Shown here in pieces: positions 1-9,211 of a stretch of 64,000 nt of DNA. Under the pieces are notes generated by a model. The model did not search any database. It was given only the letters and a program-made list of their open reading frames with translations, and was not told where the DNA came from. This DNA comes from Bacteroidota bacterium. Its GTDB lineage: Bacteria; Bacteroidota; Ignavibacteria; UBA10030; UBA8401. The translations under genes and the position numbers were made by a program. The stretch is taken from contig DATGXR010000444.1 of NCBI GenBank assembly GCA_035298825.1, positions 5,819 through 69,818 on the forward strand, given 5' to 3'. Positions within the stretch are counted from its first letter, which is position 1. Every line of letters begins with the position of its first letter.

Positions 1-1521
1 GAGTGTGTCGGGCAGCCACTGATGATGAATGCGCGGCGCTTCGATTGCCTCGCGGATGTTCATGCCATAATCAATCACGTTCACGATCGTCTGCAGCACG
101 CTTGTGATGATCGTCGAGCCGCCGGGCGAGCCGACAACCATGAAGGGCGCGTGATCCTTCACAAGAATTGTCGGCGCCATCGAACTGAGCATGCGCTTGC
201 CGGGGGCGATCGCATTGGCCTCGGCGCCGATGAGTCCGAACATATTGGGCGTGCCCGGCTTCGCCGAAAAATCGTCCATTTCATTATTGAGCAGAAACCC
301 GGCGCCCTCCACCGTCACGCACGATCCGTAGGCGCCGTTAAGCGTCGTGGTGACACTGACGCAATTCCCGAATCTGTCGACGACCGAATAATGCGTCGTC
401 TCGTTCGATTCATAGGCCACGGGTACGCCGTGTGTGACCGATGCGCTTTTGGTTGCCCGCTCTGTGTCGATCGTGCGGCGCTGCGCTTCGGCATAACGTT
501 TTGAAAGAAGACCGCGCTGCGGCACAGTGTAAAAATCAGGATCGCCAAGATATTCGGCGCGGTCGGCATACACACGGCGCATCGCTTCAACCATCACGTG
601 CGCGCTTTTCGCGGAGTTCCATCCGTACGAGCGGAGATCGAACGGCTCGAGAATATTCAGAAGCTGGATGAGTGCGATGCCGCCCGAACTCGGCGGAGGC
701 ATCGAGATCACTTCGATTCCGCGGTAGGTGCCGCGGACGCAGTCGCGCACAATGGGCACGTACGATTCAAGGTCCTTATGCGTGATCAATCCATGCCCGC
801 GTTTCATTTCAGCCACAAGCAGATCGGCCACGCGTCCCCGATAAAAACCGTCACGTCCGTTTGTCGCGATCGCTTCGAGCGTCCGGGCAAGTTCGGGCTG
901 TTTCCACATTTCTCCTTCCTTGTAGGGAAGGCCGTGACGCGTGAATGATTTCATCGAAGCGGGAAATTTCGAAAATGACGGGATCATCGATTGCATTCCG
1001 TGCGCGAGCTCGCGGGAAAGCGGGAATCCTTCTTCGGCAAGCCGCAGGGCAGGGGTCATCACCTGAGCGCGCTTCATCGTGCCATAGCGCTCGAGCGCTT
1101 CAAGCAGCCCGGCAACCGATCCCGGCACGCCCACGGCAAGATGTCCGACTGTGCTCAGCTCGGGTCGAAAATTTCCGGCGCTGTCCAAATACATCGAACG
1201 CGTCGAAGCCGCGGGCGCCTTTTCCCTGTAATCGATCGCCGCTGTCTTCCCATCTGCCATGCGGATGACCATGAAGCCGCCGCCGCCCAGATTCCCTGCG
1301 CCGGGATATGTCACCGCCAGCGCAAAGCCCGTGGCCACGGCGGCATCGATGGCATTGCCGCCGGCTTCAAGGATTTTTTCTCCCGCGCGCGCCGCCAATG
1401 GATCGGCCGCCACCACCATGCCGTGGCGCGCACGCACGGGTGTACGCGAACCTGACTCGCACGTGTGAGCGCTCAGAAAAAGCAGAGCCGACAGGATCAG
1501 ACACAGTATAGAATTTTTCAT
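1..1521 (-). CDS. ggt: gamma-glutamyltransferase (GGT); partial, C-terminus runs off the window start
   Basis: Minus-strand ATG at 1521 gives a signal peptide MKNSILCLILSALLFLSAHT, then ...GGGGFMVIRMADGKTAAIDYREKAP... typical of GGT. The frame stays open to position 1, where it reads FHHQWLPDTL (E. coli GGT has FHHQWLPDELR near its C-terminus). Not in the ORF track because there is no stop inside the window. Confidence 0.85.
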   Translation of the reverse strand, partial: MKNSILCLILSALLFLSAHTCESGSRTPVRARHGMVVAADPLAARAGEKILEAGGNAIDAAVATGFALAVTYPGAGNLGGGGFMVIRMADGKTAAIDYREKAPAASTRSMYLDSAGNFRPELSTVGHLAVGVPGSVAGLLEALERYGTMKRAQVMTPALRLAEEGFPLSRELAHGMQSMIPSFSKFPASMKSFTRHGLPYKEGEMWKQPELARTLEAIATNGRDGFYRGRVADLLVAEMKRGHGLITHKDLESYVPIVRDCVRGTYRGIEVISMPPPSSGGIALIQLLNILEPFDLRSYGWNSAKSAHVMVEAMRRVYADRAEYLGDPDFYTVPQRGLLSKRYAEAQRRTIDTERATKSASVTHGVPVAYESNETTHYSVVDRFGNCVSVTTTLNGAYGSCVTVEGAGFLLNNEMDDFSAKPGTPNMFGLIGAEANAIAPGKRMLSSMAPTILVKDHAPFMVVGSPGGSTIITSVLQTIVNVIDYGMNIREAIEAPRIHHQWLPDTL

Positions 1522-1552
1522 GGAGGTTACTTTCGCTCAAACTTTTTTGTGA

Positions 1553-2848
1553 TTACTCTTCAGGCGCGCGCGCCGAGGGATCGATCTCGGCGCCGATAAG
1601 ATTGATGCGGTTTTTTTCCGCATGCAGCACAGTGAACCTCACCGCGCCAAAGTCGATTTGTTCGCCTTTGCGCGGGATCTTCCCGAACAAGTGAAGCAGA
1701 AGTCCGCCGAGCGTGTCGAATGTTTCTTCGACGTGGAGATCGATGCCGAGCAGTTCCCCGGCCCGATCGAGATCGATCGCAGCATCGAACCGGAAGCGCG
1801 TCTCCGAGATCCGTTCCACCATCGCCGCCGCATCGGCCGAGACGTCTCCCACATCGCCGACCATGCCGCTGATCACATCCTGAAATGTCACGATGCCTGC
1901 CGTGCCGCCGTACTCATCGACGGCGATGGCGACATTCGTTTTTTTCTGCCGGAATTCTTTCAACAGCGCGGTGATCGATTTGCTTTCCGGCACGAACAGC
2001 GGCTGGTGCAGATACTTGGCGAGCGAAAATGCACGATGCTCCTTCTCATGCGATTCGGGATGCAGAAACGGCAGCAGCTCCTTTGCGAAGATGATGCCCC
2101 TGATCGAGTCGAGCGAATCGGAATAGACGGGGATGCGCGAGTGGCGCTTCTCGACGATGAACGCCATGAGCGCATCGAGCGTCGCATCGTCTTCTTCAAG
2201 CGCGGCCATCTCGGTGCGCGGCGTCATCACCTCGCGCACCACCGTGTCTTTTGCATCAAGCAGATTATGGATGATCGAGCGTTCCTCGTCGTCGATCTCG
2301 CCTTCTTCGCTTCCCACATCAACAAGCGTGCGCAGTTCGTCCGCTTCAAGCGCGCTCAGGCCTTTTCCGGCCATTGCAAGACGTTCCACATTTTTGACGA
2401 TCGCATCGAACGCATCGATCACCGGCGTCAGCACTTTAAAAAACAGATACAGCGGGAATGCCACACGACGCGCCACTGCAAGCGGCGAGCGCGCAGCCAG
2501 GACCTTCGGCGGCAGCTCGCTCACGACGATAATAATGAATGTCAGAAGAACGACCTGAGTCACAAGCGCGACAGTGACGTTCCATCCGAACTGCGACGTC
2601 AGACTCACGGTCATCATCACCGAAACGAGCGCCGCCCCCGTGTTGACAATCGTATTGCCGATCAGGATCGTGATCAACAGTCTGCGCGGATGAGCCAACA
2701 GCGCATTGACAATGCGCACGGATGCGTCGCGTTCATCCTTCAACGGCGGATGCAGGGAAAACAGCGCCACCTCTGATGCGGAAAAAAACGCGGAGCATCC
2801 GAGCAGTCCCAGCAGAATGAAGACATTGACGTAGAGTTCAAGCGCCAT
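1553..2848 (-). CDS. HlyC/CorC (TlyC) family transporter: CNNM/DUF21 TM domain, CBS pair, CorC_HlyC
   Basis: 431-aa ORF. N-terminal 4-TM DUF21 region, central CBS pair (…VREVMTPRTEM…), C-terminal CorC_HlyC-like segment. Confidence 0.9.
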   Translation of the reverse strand: MALELYVNVFILLGLLGCSAFFSASEVALFSLHPPLKDERDASVRIVNALLAHPRRLLITILIGNTIVNTGAALVSVMMTVSLTSQFGWNVTVALVTQVVLLTFIIIVVSELPPKVLAARSPLAVARRVAFPLYLFFKVLTPVIDAFDAIVKNVERLAMAGKGLSALEADELRTLVDVGSEEGEIDDEERSIIHNLLDAKDTVVREVMTPRTEMAALEEDDATLDALMAFIVEKRHSRIPVYSDSLDSIRGIIFAKELLPFLHPESHEKEHRAFSLAKYLHQPLFVPESKSITALLKEFRQKKTNVAIAVDEYGGTAGIVTFQDVISGMVGDVGDVSADAAAMVERISETRFRFDAAIDLDRAGELLGIDLHVEETFDTLGGLLLHLFGKIPRKGEQIDFGAVRFTVLHAEKNRINLIGAEIDPSARAPEE

Positions 2849-2885
2849 ATGTTGAATGTACGCAAATTGCCGATGAGAAAAAAAA

Positions 2886-2925
2886 TCGCCCCGGCAGTTG
2901 AAGAGTCATCTGCGGGGCGATTGAC
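2886..2925 (-). terminator. Rho-independent terminator downstream of ssb
   Basis: Plus strand reads AAAAAAAA-TCGCCCCG-(19 nt)-CGGGGCGA. On the minus strand this is an 8-bp GC stem followed by U8, immediately 3' of the ssb stop. Confidence 0.6.
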
Positions 2926-2978
2926 GGAAAGACACTGAACTTTTTTTACTGCTTCAGACACACACACGCGTGCTTGTG

Positions 2979-3413
2979 TTAGAACGGAAGATCTTCCTCA
3001 GTGCCCATACTCGGCGGCGCCGATTCGGCTGCCTGCGAAATATCCGGGGCTTCCGCTCCCGCTCTTCCTGCATTGGATCCGCCGCCGCCATCGAGCATCA
3101 CAAGCTGGTCGGCGACAATTTCGGTGATGTATTTCTTGATGCCGTCTTTCTCATATGAGCGGGTTTGGATCTTGCCTTCGATGTAAACTTTTTTTCCTTT
3201 TTTAAGATACTCGCCGCAGATCTCGGCAAGCTTTCTCCAGGCGACGATATTATGCCACTCGGTGCGGTCCTGCATGTTGCCCTCGGCATCTTTCCAGGAA
3301 TCGGCTGTCGCAACAGAGAATGTGGCAACGGCAATACCGCTGTTCGTATATTTCAATTCGGGATCTTTCCCCAAATTGCCGATCAGCATGACCTTGTTCA
3401 ATCCTCGAGCCAT
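2979..3413 (-). CDS. ssb: single-stranded DNA-binding protein
   Basis: [23 protein letters not shown]…[12 protein letters not shown]… OB-fold SSB with acidic DLPF tail. Start moved from 3500 to the ATG at 3413, which is preceded by GGGGGGAGGTG (SD). Confidence 0.9.
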   Translation of the reverse strand: MARGLNKVMLIGNLGKDPELKYTNSGIAVATFSVATADSWKDAEGNMQDRTEWHNIVAWRKLAEICGEYLKKGKKVYIEGKIQTRSYEKDGIKKYITEIVADQLVMLDGGGGSNAGRAGAEAPDISQAAESAPPSMGTEEDLPF

Positions 3414-3547
3414 AGAGCACCTCCCCCCTAATTTTTTAATAGTGATACAACGTGAAAACGAGTGAATAACCGGAATCGAAAGACAGCATCCATCCTTCAT
3501 TTAACATACGAGATATTGCATGAAAATGCAAGATGCAAAAAAAGGTC

Positions 3548-4390
3548 TCAGAGGGGCTTGCCGAAGAGTTTCGTGAATTGCTCGTGGCACCCGCGGCTCA
3601 TAATGAGCGAGGCGTTCGTCGTGAGGAAGATCTTATATTCCCCGTTAAACCAGGGATGCATTTCCTTGATGCGCTCGATGTTGACAATAGTGCCGCGGTG
3701 GATGCGCAGGAATTTCGCGGGATCGAGTTGCGAGAGAATGCTGTTCATCGTCTCGCGCAGCAGATGCGTCTCGGCCCCGCAGTGGACCTTGATGTAATTG
3801 CCCGCGGCCTCGAACCAGTCGATTTCATCCGTCTTCACGAAGACCACGCGGCCTTCGCTTTTAATCATCAAGCGGTCCGGTGCCGACGCGCGCTGAGGCT
3901 GCGAGACGGCTTCAAGCAACGAGCGCAATTGCTCCTGCAGCTGATCGTCAGTGGCGGCGTTCGGCCTTTGCCCGATGAGTTCGCGCGCATGGTCAAGCGC
4001 CTCGATAAAGCGCGTGCGGTCGAACGGCTTCAGGAGGTAATCGATCGCGTGGACTTCGAAGGCGCGCAGCGCGAATTCGTCGTATGCGGTCGTGAAGATG
4101 ACGCGCGGCATTTCAGCATCGGTCAATTCGCACAGCATGGCGAAGCCGTCCATCTCCGGCATTTGGATGTCGAGAAAGATCAGATCGGGCCGCTGTTCAC
4201 GAATCGATACGAGCGCGTCCTGTCCGTTCGAGCATTCATCCAGAATTTCAACGCCCTCTTCAGCCTTGAGGAAATGGCGGAGCTTTTGGATGGCGAGTGG
4301 TTCGTCGTCGATAATGATCACGCGAATCGTTTGCACGGTAGTCACAAGGGCGTTGTGGTTATGAGTGTGTGTCGGCTTCATACTCTTCAA
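3548..4390 (-). CDS. LytTR-family response regulator (REC + LytTR DNA-binding domain)
   Basis: IRVIIIDDEPLAI…DLIFLDIQMPEMDG receiver. C-terminal LMIKSEGRVVFVKTDEIDWFEAAGNYIKVH…RIHRGTIVNIERI is a LytTR domain. Alternative start at 4381 (MKP). Confidence 0.9.
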   Translation of the reverse strand: MKSMKPTHTHNHNALVTTVQTIRVIIIDDEPLAIQKLRHFLKAEEGVEILDECSNGQDALVSIREQRPDLIFLDIQMPEMDGFAMLCELTDAEMPRVIFTTAYDEFALRAFEVHAIDYLLKPFDRTRFIEALDHARELIGQRPNAATDDQLQEQLRSLLEAVSQPQRASAPDRLMIKSEGRVVFVKTDEIDWFEAAGNYIKVHCGAETHLLRETMNSILSQLDPAKFLRIHRGTIVNIERIKEMHPWFNGEYKIFLTTNASLIMSRGCHEQFTKLFGKPL

Positions 4391-7300
4391 TACGGAAAGG
4401 AATGCGCAAAGTTACAGTCACTCCGCCCTCGGGGTTGTTCGAAAACCTGATCTCGTGTCTGTGCGGATACAAGAGTTCGAGGCGTTCCTGTGTATTGCGC
4501 AGGCCCACGCCGTTTGAGGCGCCGGGCGTAAACTCGCGGTCCACTCCTTCTCCGTTGTCCTGAATCGTCAATTCGAGTTCAGAACCGATCCGCCGCGCTC
4601 CCAGTGTCAGGAGGCCGGGAGTTCTGCGCGGCGCAATGCCGTGTTTGATCGCATTTTCAACAAGCGGCTGCCAGAGCATGCTCGGCACAAGCGCGTTGAG
4701 CGTTTCGGCGTCGATGTGCCGCTCCACGCACAGGCGATTGTCGAGGCGCGCCTGTTCGATACATAAATAACTTTCAAGAAATTCGAGTTCCTGCTTCAGC
4801 GGCACTTCCTGTCGTTTCACCCGGGCAAGCGACATCCGCAAGAGATCGCCGAGGTGCGCCACCATCCGATCGGCTTTATCGACGTCGAAGTGCATGAGCG
4901 ATGAAATCGAATTGAGCGTATTGAAAAGAAAATGCGGCTGCAGCTGCATCGACAGCGAATTGAGCTGCGACTCTTTCAAGCGCGCCTCGAGTTGTGCCTG
5001 GCGGCGCGACTGGATGAGCGTCCGGTCCTTCGCGCGGCGATAGAATTTGTGCGTCACGGCGCCGGAAAATGCGATGAACCCGATCGTCAGCAGATAGAAC
5101 ACGGATGTTTGATAAAAATGCGGCTTGAGCACGAACGCCATCGACGCCCCGGTTTCGTTCCAGACGCCGTCGTTGTTCGATGCCGTTACGCGGAAGCGGT
5201 AGCGGCCTGGAGGAATGTTCGTATATGAAACGTAGCGGCGCTTGCCCACATCGGTCCACTCCGCATCAAAGCCCTCGAGCAGCACGCGGAATCTGACCTT
5301 GTCTGATGCCATGTAACTCAGTCCGGTGAACGTAAACTCGAGCACGCCCGCGCCCGGACCGATCTCGATCTCAGATGCCGGCTCGATCGTTTTCTTATCG
5401 GCGCTGAATGATTCGATGACGACAGAGGGCGGGATGCGGTTCAGGGGGAGATTTGCCGGAGTGACCATCACCAGTCCGATCGTTGTCGGAAACCACATGC
5501 TGCCGGTTCTTGATGTGCAGCCGGAATTCATGAATCCGCCGTTGCACTCATCGCTTTTCATGCCGTCGCTCATGCCGTAGACCGTGCACTGCATCGATGG
5601 TCGGCGGCCGTCGCAGACGTCATTTAATTCCTGTTTCGAGACGCGGAAGACGCCGTTGTTCGAACTCATCCACAAGTGTCCGAGCCGGTCTTCCTGGATC
5701 GAAAAAATGGACTCGTCATAAATATTCTGCGCATATCTCAGCGCCGAAAATTTTTCTCCGTTCCAGCGCACGAGTCCCGATGCGAGCGTGCCGAACCACA
5801 TCGTGCCGGAGGAATCTTCGCACATCGAGATTGGACCCTCGGGCGCATTGGGATAGCCCTTGGAATCGTAAACGATGAATGCGCCGTTGTGCAGGCGCGT
5901 GATGCCGCCTGCGGACATGCACATCCACAAATCGCCTTTCCTGTCCTGGTGCACCACACGGACGTCGTTGTTGCCGCCCAGTCCCTGCTCCTTCGTGTAG
6001 TTGGTGACGACGCCCTTGTTGTAATGAAATAATCCGCGTATGGTTCCGGCCCAGATGCCGCCCTGTGCGTCTTCCGTGATCGCGCTCACGAGCCCGGTTT
6101 GATAGAACGTGTAATCGGATTTGGTCAGGACGCGTTTCTTCCAGTTGTGGATGCGGTAGATCCCGCTGCGTCCTCCGCTCCAGAGCACTCCCTGACGATC
6201 GAGCAGCACGGCCATCACCGCGCCCGCACGGAGCGACGAGTCGTCAAACGCCTGAACGAGTCTTCCTTTTTCAAGTCGTAAGAGTGAACCTGTTTCATTG
6301 CCCGCCCAGATCGCGCCCGTGCGGTCTTCGTACACAGACCACACCATCGTCGGACCGGTTGAAGGAAGATACGTCGTGAATTTCGTATTCGTCAATCGGT
6401 TCAATCCGCCGCCGGTGGTGCCGATCCAGAGATTGCCTTCAGCATCTTCGAACACCGATTCGGCAAACGAGCTTGAAAGTCCGTCAGCGACCGTGAAGGA
6501 AGAAAACTTTCCGTCGGCGAACCTGTAGAGTCCGCTTCCGGCCGTGGCGATCCAGAGCGTACCGACTCTGTCCTCATAAATTGAATTGACACCGGCCGCC
6601 GAAAGTGGAAAGCCCGACTCGACGCCGTATGTGGTCACGGAGCTGTCGGAGTTCAGCCGCGCGATTCCGAATTTGCCGGCAAACCAGATCGCGCCATGTT
6701 TGTCGCGGCATAAGGCGCGTATCGGAAACTGCACTGAAGGATGGAGTCGGAATCGGCCGTGTTCAAAAATTGACAGTCCCTGGCGCGTGCTCGCCAGGAT
6801 TGCACCTGTGGTGTCTTCGAGCGAACTTGTGACTGTGTTAAAGGGAAGTCCCTGCTTCATTGTATAGAGCAGCGAGGAAGTATCTTTCGGATTGAAGCGC
6901 AGCAATCCGTCGAACGACGAAAACCAGATCATTCCCTTGCTGTCGCAGAAGACATGCAGATTGCTTGAGGGGATGAACGGTGTCCGGTTCGTCGCGAACG
7001 AAGAGAACTTGCCATTGCGATACGAGACGATGCCGCCCCAGTCTGCAAATACGATCCACAGCGTGCTGTCATTTCCCTCACACAGCGCGCGCACCTGATT
7101 GCTTTTGAACTGTGGTGTGTTGCGAAGGTTGAAGACTTTGAATTGCAACCCGTCGAACCGGGCCAGCCCCTCGTCTGTGCCGAACCAGAGATAGCCATCG
7201 CAGGTTTGTACGATGGCATGGACGGAGTTCTGCGGCAGGCCGTCCTTTTTTTGCCAGATCCGGTGACTGTACTGATACATTTCCTTCGACGGATCGAGCC

Positions 7301-7469
7301 CGTCTCCCTTAAACTCTGCGGGAGCAGCGGCCCGTGTTCCAGCGGCCCCAGAAAAAATTATCAGTATATAATAGAGAAGCTTCTTCACATTTTTTTCCCT
7401 ATGGGCTGATCGAGCAGTGCATGTGGAGCCTGGTGCGTGAAACGTACAATTATTTTCCCCTTCATACAA
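4359..7469 (-). CDS. sensor histidine kinase: periplasmic two-component-regulator beta-propeller repeats + Y_Y_Y, TM, LytS-type His_kinase + HATPase_c
   Basis: About 700 aa of W/F-rich propeller repeats (…LWFGTDEGLARFDG…), Y_Y_Y segment (YRFRVTASNNDGVWN), TM helix, then PHFLFNTLNSISSL (PF06580 LytS motif) and an ATPase domain. Partner of the adjacent LytTR regulator. Possible true start is GTG at 7388 (VKKLLYYILIIFSG signal/TM). Confidence 0.9.
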   Translation of the reverse strand: MYEGENNCTFHAPGSTCTARSAHREKNVKKLLYYILIIFSGAAGTRAAAPAEFKGDGLDPSKEMYQYSHRIWQKKDGLPQNSVHAIVQTCDGYLWFGTDEGLARFDGLQFKVFNLRNTPQFKSNQVRALCEGNDSTLWIVFADWGGIVSYRNGKFSSFATNRTPFIPSSNLHVFCDSKGMIWFSSFDGLLRFNPKDTSSLLYTMKQGLPFNTVTSSLEDTTGAILASTRQGLSIFEHGRFRLHPSVQFPIRALCRDKHGAIWFAGKFGIARLNSDSSVTTYGVESGFPLSAAGVNSIYEDRVGTLWIATAGSGLYRFADGKFSSFTVADGLSSSFAESVFEDAEGNLWIGTTGGGLNRLTNTKFTTYLPSTGPTMVWSVYEDRTGAIWAGNETGSLLRLEKGRLVQAFDDSSLRAGAVMAVLLDRQGVLWSGGRSGIYRIHNWKKRVLTKSDYTFYQTGLVSAITEDAQGGIWAGTIRGLFHYNKGVVTNYTKEQGLGGNNDVRVVHQDRKGDLWMCMSAGGITRLHNGAFIVYDSKGYPNAPEGPISMCEDSSGTMWFGTLASGLVRWNGEKFSALRYAQNIYDESIFSIQEDRLGHLWMSSNNGVFRVSKQELNDVCDGRRPSMQCTVYGMSDGMKSDECNGGFMNSGCTSRTGSMWFPTTIGLVMVTPANLPLNRIPPSVVIESFSADKKTIEPASEIEIGPGAGVLEFTFTGLSYMASDKVRFRVLLEGFDAEWTDVGKRRYVSYTNIPPGRYRFRVTASNNDGVWNETGASMAFVLKPHFYQTSVFYLLTIGFIAFSGAVTHKFYRRAKDRTLIQSRRQAQLEARLKESQLNSLSMQLQPHFLFNTLNSISSLMHFDVDKADRMVAHLGDLLRMSLARVKRQEVPLKQELEFLESYLCIEQARLDNRLCVERHIDAETLNALVPSMLWQPLVENAIKHGIAPRRTPGLLTLGARRIGSELELTIQDNGEGVDREFTPGASNGVGLRNTQERLELLYPHRHEIRFSNNPEGGVTVTLRIPFRIEEYEADTHS

Positions 7470-7564
7470 GTATGAACATCCGGCGCATCATAAGTATTCC
7501 GTTTTTCATCCTTGAACATTGACGCCCCCTTGCACACGCACTGCCTGCACGCGTATGCAGGCAT

Positions 7565-7596
7565 GCGACCGGTATGATCGATGTCGCTTTTTTTTT
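7565..7596 (+). terminator. plus-strand intrinsic-terminator-like hairpin + T9 with no annotated plus-strand gene upstream (orphan)
   Basis: GCGAC-(13 nt)-GTCGC followed by TTTTTTTTT, preceded by a second hairpin GCCTGCA-CGCGTA-TGCAGGC at 7540-7559. Both flanking genes are on the minus strand. Confidence 0.4.
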
Positions 7597-7656
7597 CCGG
7601 CCGCATGCCCGCCCGCGCTTTCAGTCTTCCATTTCAATCGTCAAACAATACCGGCC

Positions 7657-9120
7657 TTACGGCGCCAGAAACGGCGATGCCTGATTGATATTTGCCGCAA
7701 GGATTGCGTTCAAATCATAGGTAATCGTGACCGTTTTCGTTGCGGCGTCGACCGTATACTGATCGAGCCCGTCGGAAAGCGGGATATAACTCGGCACGAC
7801 AACACTTGTTCCCGGCGATCCGGGCGAAATCATCGCATTACCGTCGATTTGCCGCTGGTTCATCGGAAGCCTGATTCCAAGATCGCTCATGCGCCGGCCT
7901 TCGAAAAAGAAGATCTCCTGACGCAGCAGATACAGCGCCCGATAGAGCTCGGCGGCAGTCGCCATCGCCGTAATATCAGTATCAGTCAGGCTCGTGCCCG
8001 ACACCGGGCGGACGACCACTTGCGAGGAACCACCGCGTTTTTTAATGAGACCGGATTTCGGCGCGGCAGTCGGATCGAACTTCACCTGATACGAGGTATC
8101 ATTCGGACGCGTGAGGCGCGTATCCTTGTCGGTAAAGACAAGGGTCGAGCGCGATTTCACGAGCGTGATTGCGTTGATCATCGATTGACGCGCGCCGGCA
8201 AGATTCCCGCCGACAAGCGCCGCTTCGGCGATGATCAGATGCGCCTCTTCTGCCTTCAGCGCAGGGAGGGGAGTATTGGGCTGCGAATATTTCGGATCCA
8301 GAAAATCCAATCGGGGCAGCGGCTGTATGTCGTTGCTCGATCGTGCCACGGCCGCGCCGTAGCAGCGATTGGCCAGCGAGGCTGCATCGAATTGTCCGCT
8401 GAAGACCAGATTCGGTGACAGCGTGAGGGCAGCCTGTGCTTCGGCGACTGCGTTCGTGCGGTCTTTCGCAAGCCGATAGGCGCGCGCCAGCGCGAGCTTG
8501 GTTGCGGCTTTCATCGTTCCATCGGATGTTCCGGCATTTGCAGTCTTGAACTCCTCGATCGCAATCGCAAGCGCCGATGACGCCGGGACGGCGGCGGCTT
8601 GCTCGGCAATCGGAAATGCCGAAAAATTCTCCGCCAGCATCAACAACGCCATGCCCTTATAGAAGTGCACTTCGCTTCGCTGATCATCCGTCGTCGTGGC
8701 GTCGTTTGGCACGATCGTCGAGAGTCCGACATCGGCCATCGCACGCAGAGACTGCAGATAGAAATACATCCCGTCCTGGGGATTGGCGGCGCTTGCGGGA
8801 ACTGCCATCGCATTGGTATTGAGTGTCAGATCACCCGGCTGGATCTCGCGCGGCGAATCAAGGATGTTCGAAAAGTACGAGGCGCGATTATCGTAGTTGT
8901 CCGATACAAGATCGGTCACGAGCGCCGTGTTGCTCTGCGCAATGGCAAAGTACCGTTTGAGTCCCGCAATCAGCGGCGTGGTGCCGCCGATCGCGTTGGC
9001 ATCGAGCGCCTGTTGTGTGATCTGCGGATTCTCCACCTTCGAAGGATCGACCATATCGCATGCACCCAGTGTAAAGACCAACGCCGCACCCGCAATCAAT
9101 GAATATGTGTGTTTGCTCAT
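7657..9120 (-). CDS. SusD/RagB-family outer-membrane lipoprotein
   Basis: Lipoprotein signal MSKHTYSLIAGAALVFTLGAC. Size 487 aa and helical TPR-like composition. Sits immediately downstream of a SusC-like receptor. GGAGAC SD before the ATG at 9120. Confidence 0.75.
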   Translation of the reverse strand: MSKHTYSLIAGAALVFTLGACDMVDPSKVENPQITQQALDANAIGGTTPLIAGLKRYFAIAQSNTALVTDLVSDNYDNRASYFSNILDSPREIQPGDLTLNTNAMAVPASAANPQDGMYFYLQSLRAMADVGLSTIVPNDATTTDDQRSEVHFYKGMALLMLAENFSAFPIAEQAAAVPASSALAIAIEEFKTANAGTSDGTMKAATKLALARAYRLAKDRTNAVAEAQAALTLSPNLVFSGQFDAASLANRCYGAAVARSSNDIQPLPRLDFLDPKYSQPNTPLPALKAEEAHLIIAEAALVGGNLAGARQSMINAITLVKSRSTLVFTDKDTRLTRPNDTSYQVKFDPTAAPKSGLIKKRGGSSQVVVRPVSGTSLTDTDITAMATAAELYRALYLLRQEIFFFEGRRMSDLGIRLPMNQRQIDGNAMISPGSPGTSVVVPSYIPLSDGLDQYTVDAATKTVTITYDLNAILAANINQASPFLAP

Positions 9121-9211
9121 GAATGTCTCCGGAAAATTTTTTCAATTCTTTGTGTGTATGTATAAGTGTTTATCCTGCTTCATCCATCGTTTACTATAAT
9201 CGAAGGAGGAG

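Noticed and set aside
22-1511. Several 60-160-aa plus-strand ORFs tiling the first 1.5 kb
   Set aside because: The region is fully explained by one minus-strand GGT gene (continuous frame from 1521 to the window edge with signal peptide and GGT motifs).
1622-2776. 384-aa plus-strand ORF (and similar long ORFs at 3533-4450, 7519-8418, 9599-10546, 20762-21349, 37908-38576, 39883-40722, 41450-42061, 45364-46203, 46890-47585, 56432-57259, 58724-59290)
   Set aside because: All lie antisense to or out of frame with ORFs that have clear domain signatures. Their translations are Arg/Ala/His-rich low-complexity, typical of open antisense frames in high-GC DNA.
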